From Clostridia bacterium (GTDB lineage Bacteria; Bacillota; Clostridia; Oscillospirales; CAG-272): DNA of 48,959 nt. The translations under genes and the position numbers were made by a program. The notes under the pieces were generated by a model that was not told the origin of the DNA, searched no databases, and worked only from the letters and a program-made list of their open reading frames with translations. Position 1 is the first letter of the stretch, and every line of letters starts with the position of its first letter. Below, one piece after another: positions 45,652-48,959 of this stretch. The stretch spans positions 1 to 48,959 of the forward strand of contig JAKSPY010000003.1 in assembly GCA_024404445.1 (NCBI GenBank), read 5' to 3'.

Positions 45652-46824
45652 TTATCCGATGATCTTATTGACGAAGTCTGTGATCTCAGCCTTGTTGTCT
45701 GCGATGTACTGGGGATCCTCAAATACAAGGATATCCGTCCAGAATGTCAGAGGCCGGTCGCCGTCAAGAACAGTAAGGGAAGGATTGGAAGAGTATGCGC
45801 CGACACTGCCGCCCCACGGAGCGAAGCCTTCCTGTGTCATAAGGTACTCGATGAACAGCATAGCTGTGTAGGGACGAGGACCGTTCTGTGCGATCTGGCA
45901 GTACATGGGATACATGAAGCCTGCAAACGGATTGATCGTGCCGTTGAACGCACCGACTGTGAGGTTCTCCTGAACGACGGATTTGTCGCGGAGCTTTGAA
46001 AGAACGAACAGACCTGCTTTACCTGTGTTTTCGGGCTTTGAAAGGTCGCCGGCGATCGTTGTATCGGAGTTGATGGAGAAGTTAGCGTTTGAAAGGAACT
46101 CTGCGACCCACTTATAGCCTGCGTTCTTATAATCGCCGAGCTCGATGTCCTTGCCGTACTGAGCCTTATAGGCATCTGCCAATTTTGTTGCCCAACCGTC
46201 ACTTGTGAGCATGATAAGGAAGTTGAGGTTGACCTGCTCGTTCTTCGGGCTCTTGAAGTAAACCTTATCCTTCATGGAAGCCTCTGTGAGCTGCCATACG
46301 TTTGTGATGACGGGAGCCTCGCCTACGTTGTTCCACATGATGAGCTTATTGATGTACTGCTGTACAAGGGGTGTAAGCGCACTGCTGTTAAGCGTGGAAG
46401 CGTAAGCCTTAGGAACATAGTTTGCAAAGAACTCTGTGTTCTCAATGTAAGTGAGAAGCGTAGCGCCGTCCTGGATCATAACCATTGACGCGCCCTTTGA
46501 GTTGCTTGCCGACTGAGATTCGCTCTCGATCGTTGTGTAGATCTCAGAGTCGCTCATCTTTGTGCCGACAGCGTTGGCATCGGAAAGACCGAGGTCTGCG
46601 CCGTATTTGGCAACGAAAGCTGTCATGGCGTCTTTGATTCTGGATGTGTTACCGTAAGCGTTGAACTCGCCTGTTTCGGCCTTGGCCAATTCAAAGATCT
46701 CGTCCCAGGACATCTCCTGAGCCTTCTCATAAATCGACTTATCCTGCTGATCCTTTTTGCCGCAACCTGTCAGTGCAAGCAAAACCATGGTGAGTGCGAT
46801 GAGAATGCAAAATAATCTTTTCAT
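45652..46824 (-). CDS. ABC substrate-binding lipoprotein (FbpA/AfuA-like)
   Basis: GGAGG RBS before MKRLF; lipobox LTGC; ELAKAETG...YG; PYTAMLFIEYLMT. Confidence 0.8.
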   Translation of the reverse strand: MKRLFCILIALTMVLLALTGCGKKDQQDKSIYEKAQEMSWDEIFELAKAETGEFNAYGNTSRIKDAMTAFVAKYGADLGLSDANAVGTKMSDSEIYTTIESESQSASNSKGASMVMIQDGATLLTYIENTEFFANYVPKAYASTLNSSALTPLVQQYINKLIMWNNVGEAPVITNVWQLTEASMKDKVYFKSPKNEQVNLNFLIMLTSDGWATKLADAYKAQYGKDIELGDYKNAGYKWVAEFLSNANFSINSDTTIAGDLSKPENTGKAGLFVLSKLRDKSVVQENLTVGAFNGTINPFAGFMYPMYCQIAQNGPRPYTAMLFIEYLMTQEGFAPWGGSVGAYSSNPSLTVLDGDRPLTFWTDILVFEDPQYIADNKAEITDFVNKIIG

Positions 46825-46856
46825 ATTTTCCTCCAAAAAAATTTATTTTCAGCCTG

Positions 46857-47669
46857 TCAGTCAAGCTCAAAACCGTATTTTGTCGCACGCTCGTGCAATA
46901 AAGTATATGACATACGCAGATATTCGTCCATCGTTTGCCGTCCGTGAAGCGAATACCATTTATTGTCGTATGATTCCAGATTCAGCTCACGCGCGCCTAA
47001 AGCCTTCAGCCCGGAAAAGACACTGTCATAGTTCACCGTGCCGTCGCCCATGGGTCTGTGCTGGTCGCCTGTGCCGTCGTTATCGTGTATGTGCGTCGTG
47101 CACAGCGCGGCACCGAACTCGGTCAGCGGAGATTCTGTCGGTGTATAGCAATTATTATGACCGCAATCATAACAAAAGCCGAGCATCTCGCTTTTATATC
47201 TGCCGTATATCAGTCTGTTGTAGTTAAGGAAGCGGGTGTTTTCCACTGCGATCTTCACACCGCGCTTTTCTGCGGCGGACAGCATCCTGCCGAAATTTCT
47301 CACGCCAATCTCATTCGGAGGGGGTGTGATAAGACTGCGCGTCAGATGTATGACGACGTGACCGATATTCCTTTCGCCGCAATCGTCGATCGCGGTCAGA
47401 AATGCCTCCGTATATCCGTCGCCGCGGCTGTCGTCATACCACAGGTAATCCGAATGTACCGACGGGAAATGCACTGTCGTGCATTGCAGTCCGAACCGGA
47501 CAGCCGTATCGTACAGATCATAACGGGAGCCGTCGACAGACTCAAAATCGTCGCCCCACCAAAACATGACGGAGTCAAAACCGGCGGACCTTATCGCCCG
47601 CATTCTGTCGGCCGGAGGGATGTCGTAATAACCGAATCTGAAATTCTGCCCCAATAGCGTATTCATCAT
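46857..47669 (-). CDS. Sugar-phosphate isomerase/epimerase (xylose isomerase-like TIM barrel)
   Basis: AGFDSV, IAVEN, CYDCGH, THIHDNDG, DQHRPMGDG, NLE; start uncertain (47669, 47666 or 47726). Confidence 0.8.
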   Translation of the reverse strand: MMNTLLGQNFRFGYYDIPPADRMRAIRSAGFDSVMFWWGDDFESVDGSRYDLYDTAVRFGLQCTTVHFPSVHSDYLWYDDSRGDGYTEAFLTAIDDCGERNIGHVVIHLTRSLITPPPNEIGVRNFGRMLSAAEKRGVKIAVENTRFLNYNRLIYGRYKSEMLGFCYDCGHNNCYTPTESPLTEFGAALCTTHIHDNDGTGDQHRPMGDGTVNYDSVFSGLKALGARELNLESYDNKWYSLHGRQTMDEYLRMSYTLLHERATKYGFELD

Positions 47670-47861
47670 TTGTCGATAGTGTATAAGATTAACACATTGA
47701 ATTGTTTCATTTTTATTGAATTTCACTGTATGTTACTATTATACAGTTTTACGCACTCTTTGCAAGGGCTTGCAAATGATTTTTTCCGTTTGCGGCAAAA
47801 TTCGTTGATTTGCACATACGTACGGTTTGGTTTTTATGCAATAGTTACGGCACGGCGGCTC

Positions 47862-47890
47862 TTGATTAAGGGCCGGAAACATGATATAAT
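47862..47890 (+). promoter_or_regulatory. SigA promoter
   Basis: TTGATT-N17-TATAAT with extended TG. Confidence 0.7.
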
Positions 47891-47953
47891 CTTGCACGTA
47901 CGTTTCGCTGAGCGCAGATGCAACGGCGCAACGGCAGAAAAGGAGGAGCGCAA

Positions 47954-48155
47954 ATGAACGTAGTACAGGTAAGCAATTTGTGTAAGCAATACGACTCGTT
48001 CAGTCTGAAGAACGTGTCATTCGGTATTCAAGGCGATCGGCGACAGTCTGACAGGCAGAATCGCGGTCTTTGCCGTTTGTACGGCGATCTTTGCGTCGGT
48101 CACGGTGCCGGCATACCGTCGCGCAAGGATAAATTTCAACAGGATCGATCTGTGA
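47954..48155 (+). pseudogene. Internally deleted ABC-2 operon: ATPase N-terminus joined to permease C-terminus
   Basis: AGGAGG RBS then MNVVQVSNLCKQYDSFSLKNVSF (ABC ATPase start); another frame continues FKAIGDSLTGRIAVFAVCTAIFASVTVPAYRRARINFNRIDL*. Confidence 0.7.
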
Positions 48156-48176
48156 CGTACCGGAACGGAGGATGTC

Positions 48177-48866
48177 ATGTGTACGGCAATAGCAAATATA
48201 AATGACGACATCATCTACGGGTTCAATCTCGATATTGATCCCGCAGTGTGGAATTTTTCGATCCGTAAGACGTCAGATTATTTTTCCGTCGGTATCACCG
48301 TCGGCAAAACGACTTATCTGACGCACGGCGTCACCCGCGACGGGCGGTTTGGAAACGTGCCGTATATGAACGGCGCGGTCTTTCCCGTGCCGAGGGGCGC
48401 ACGGCGCGAAAGGATAGACCTCATCACCGACAGATACATACGCGGCAGGTATTCCTTTGATGATATCGTGAGGGTGACGGAAACGAAAACCGTCGTTTCT
48501 CCGCCGGCCGCCACGATGCATTCGCTTATCGGCGACGGAAACGGCAATATTCTCCTGATAGAGCCGGGCTATGGCGTCAGACGGATAACGGACAGCCACG
48601 CGGTGATCACGAATTTCCCCGTGCTGGCTGAGTTGAACGACTATTCAAACCGGTTTTACGGAAAGGACAGATATGATACCGCGGCCGCCGTTCTGAACGA
48701 ACGCACCGCTGAGCTTTCGGTCGATGACGCCATCGGCCTGCTGTGCGATGTCAGACAGGACGGTAAGTGGGGTACCAAGGTATCGTTCGTATATTCGCGT
48801 AATGAAAACGCGGTGCATTATTTCACAGACGGTGACGTTACGACGATGCGGATACACCGATTCTGA
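48177..48866 (+). CDS. Ntn-hydrolase with N-terminal Cys (choloylglycine hydrolase/C45-like)
   Basis: M-CTAI start, YGFNLD, HSLIGDGNGN..IE, ITNF, RYD; GGAGG RBS. Confidence 0.7.
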   Translation: MCTAIANINDDIIYGFNLDIDPAVWNFSIRKTSDYFSVGITVGKTTYLTHGVTRDGRFGNVPYMNGAVFPVPRGARRERIDLITDRYIRGRYSFDDIVRVTETKTVVSPPAATMHSLIGDGNGNILLIEPGYGVRRITDSHAVITNFPVLAELNDYSNRFYGKDRYDTAAAVLNERTAELSVDDAIGLLCDVRQDGKWGTKVSFVYSRNENAVHYFTDGDVTTMRIHRF

Positions 48867-48891
48867 AACCGTGCCGATCAAACGCACAAAA

Positions 48892-48959
48892 GGGGCTGTA
48901 AATAAATAGCCCAAAAAATCCGAAGCAACCGGTAAAGTTCGCTTCGGATTTCTTTTTTT
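48892..48959 (-). mobile_element. Probable terminal end of an IS1182-like element
   Basis: Abrupt start at GGGGCTGTAAATAAA (TTTACAGCCCC on the minus strand, recalled as an IS1182-like end), then hairpin AAATCCGAAGC/GCTTCGGATTT at the window edge. Confidence 0.45.

Overview
Chromosomal segment (visually a little over 50% GC) from a Clostridia-like Firmicute, judged from its SigA promoters, T-box, CIRCE elements, YmdB and SpoIIE-type phosphatase. Core genes (pheS/pheT with a Phe T-box, deoD, apt-like, pepF/pepV/pepP-like peptidases, ymdB, sbcD-like, rsmJ-like, hsp20) are mixed with accessory modules: an orphan three-gene minor-pilin cassette with a long structured leader, a phosphoesterase-MFS-IMPase operon, carbohydrate-active enzymes, four intact ABC systems plus one deleted remnant, an orphan ECF sigma factor and a 5TM/HAMP/SpoIIE sensor phosphatase. 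The left edge holds an IS1182-family transposase remnant and the right edge a probable IS end. The strongest unannotated signal is a pair of small double-glycine leader-peptide loci about 14.6 kb apart. They share the leader EKxAxLxDDxLAQxVGG and the same 27-bp ECF-like upstream motif (TAGCCATT-N6-TTTCA-N-TCGTATA) but have unrelated cores. One lies just downstream of an unusual amino-acid ABC system with permuted binding domains and a degenerate anti-sigma-kinase-like tail on its ATPase. A three-copy palindromic REP-like family and an ACATC-linked hairpin array are also present. No rRNA, tRNA or CRISPR array was seen. All family calls come from motif recognition by eye, not database searches.
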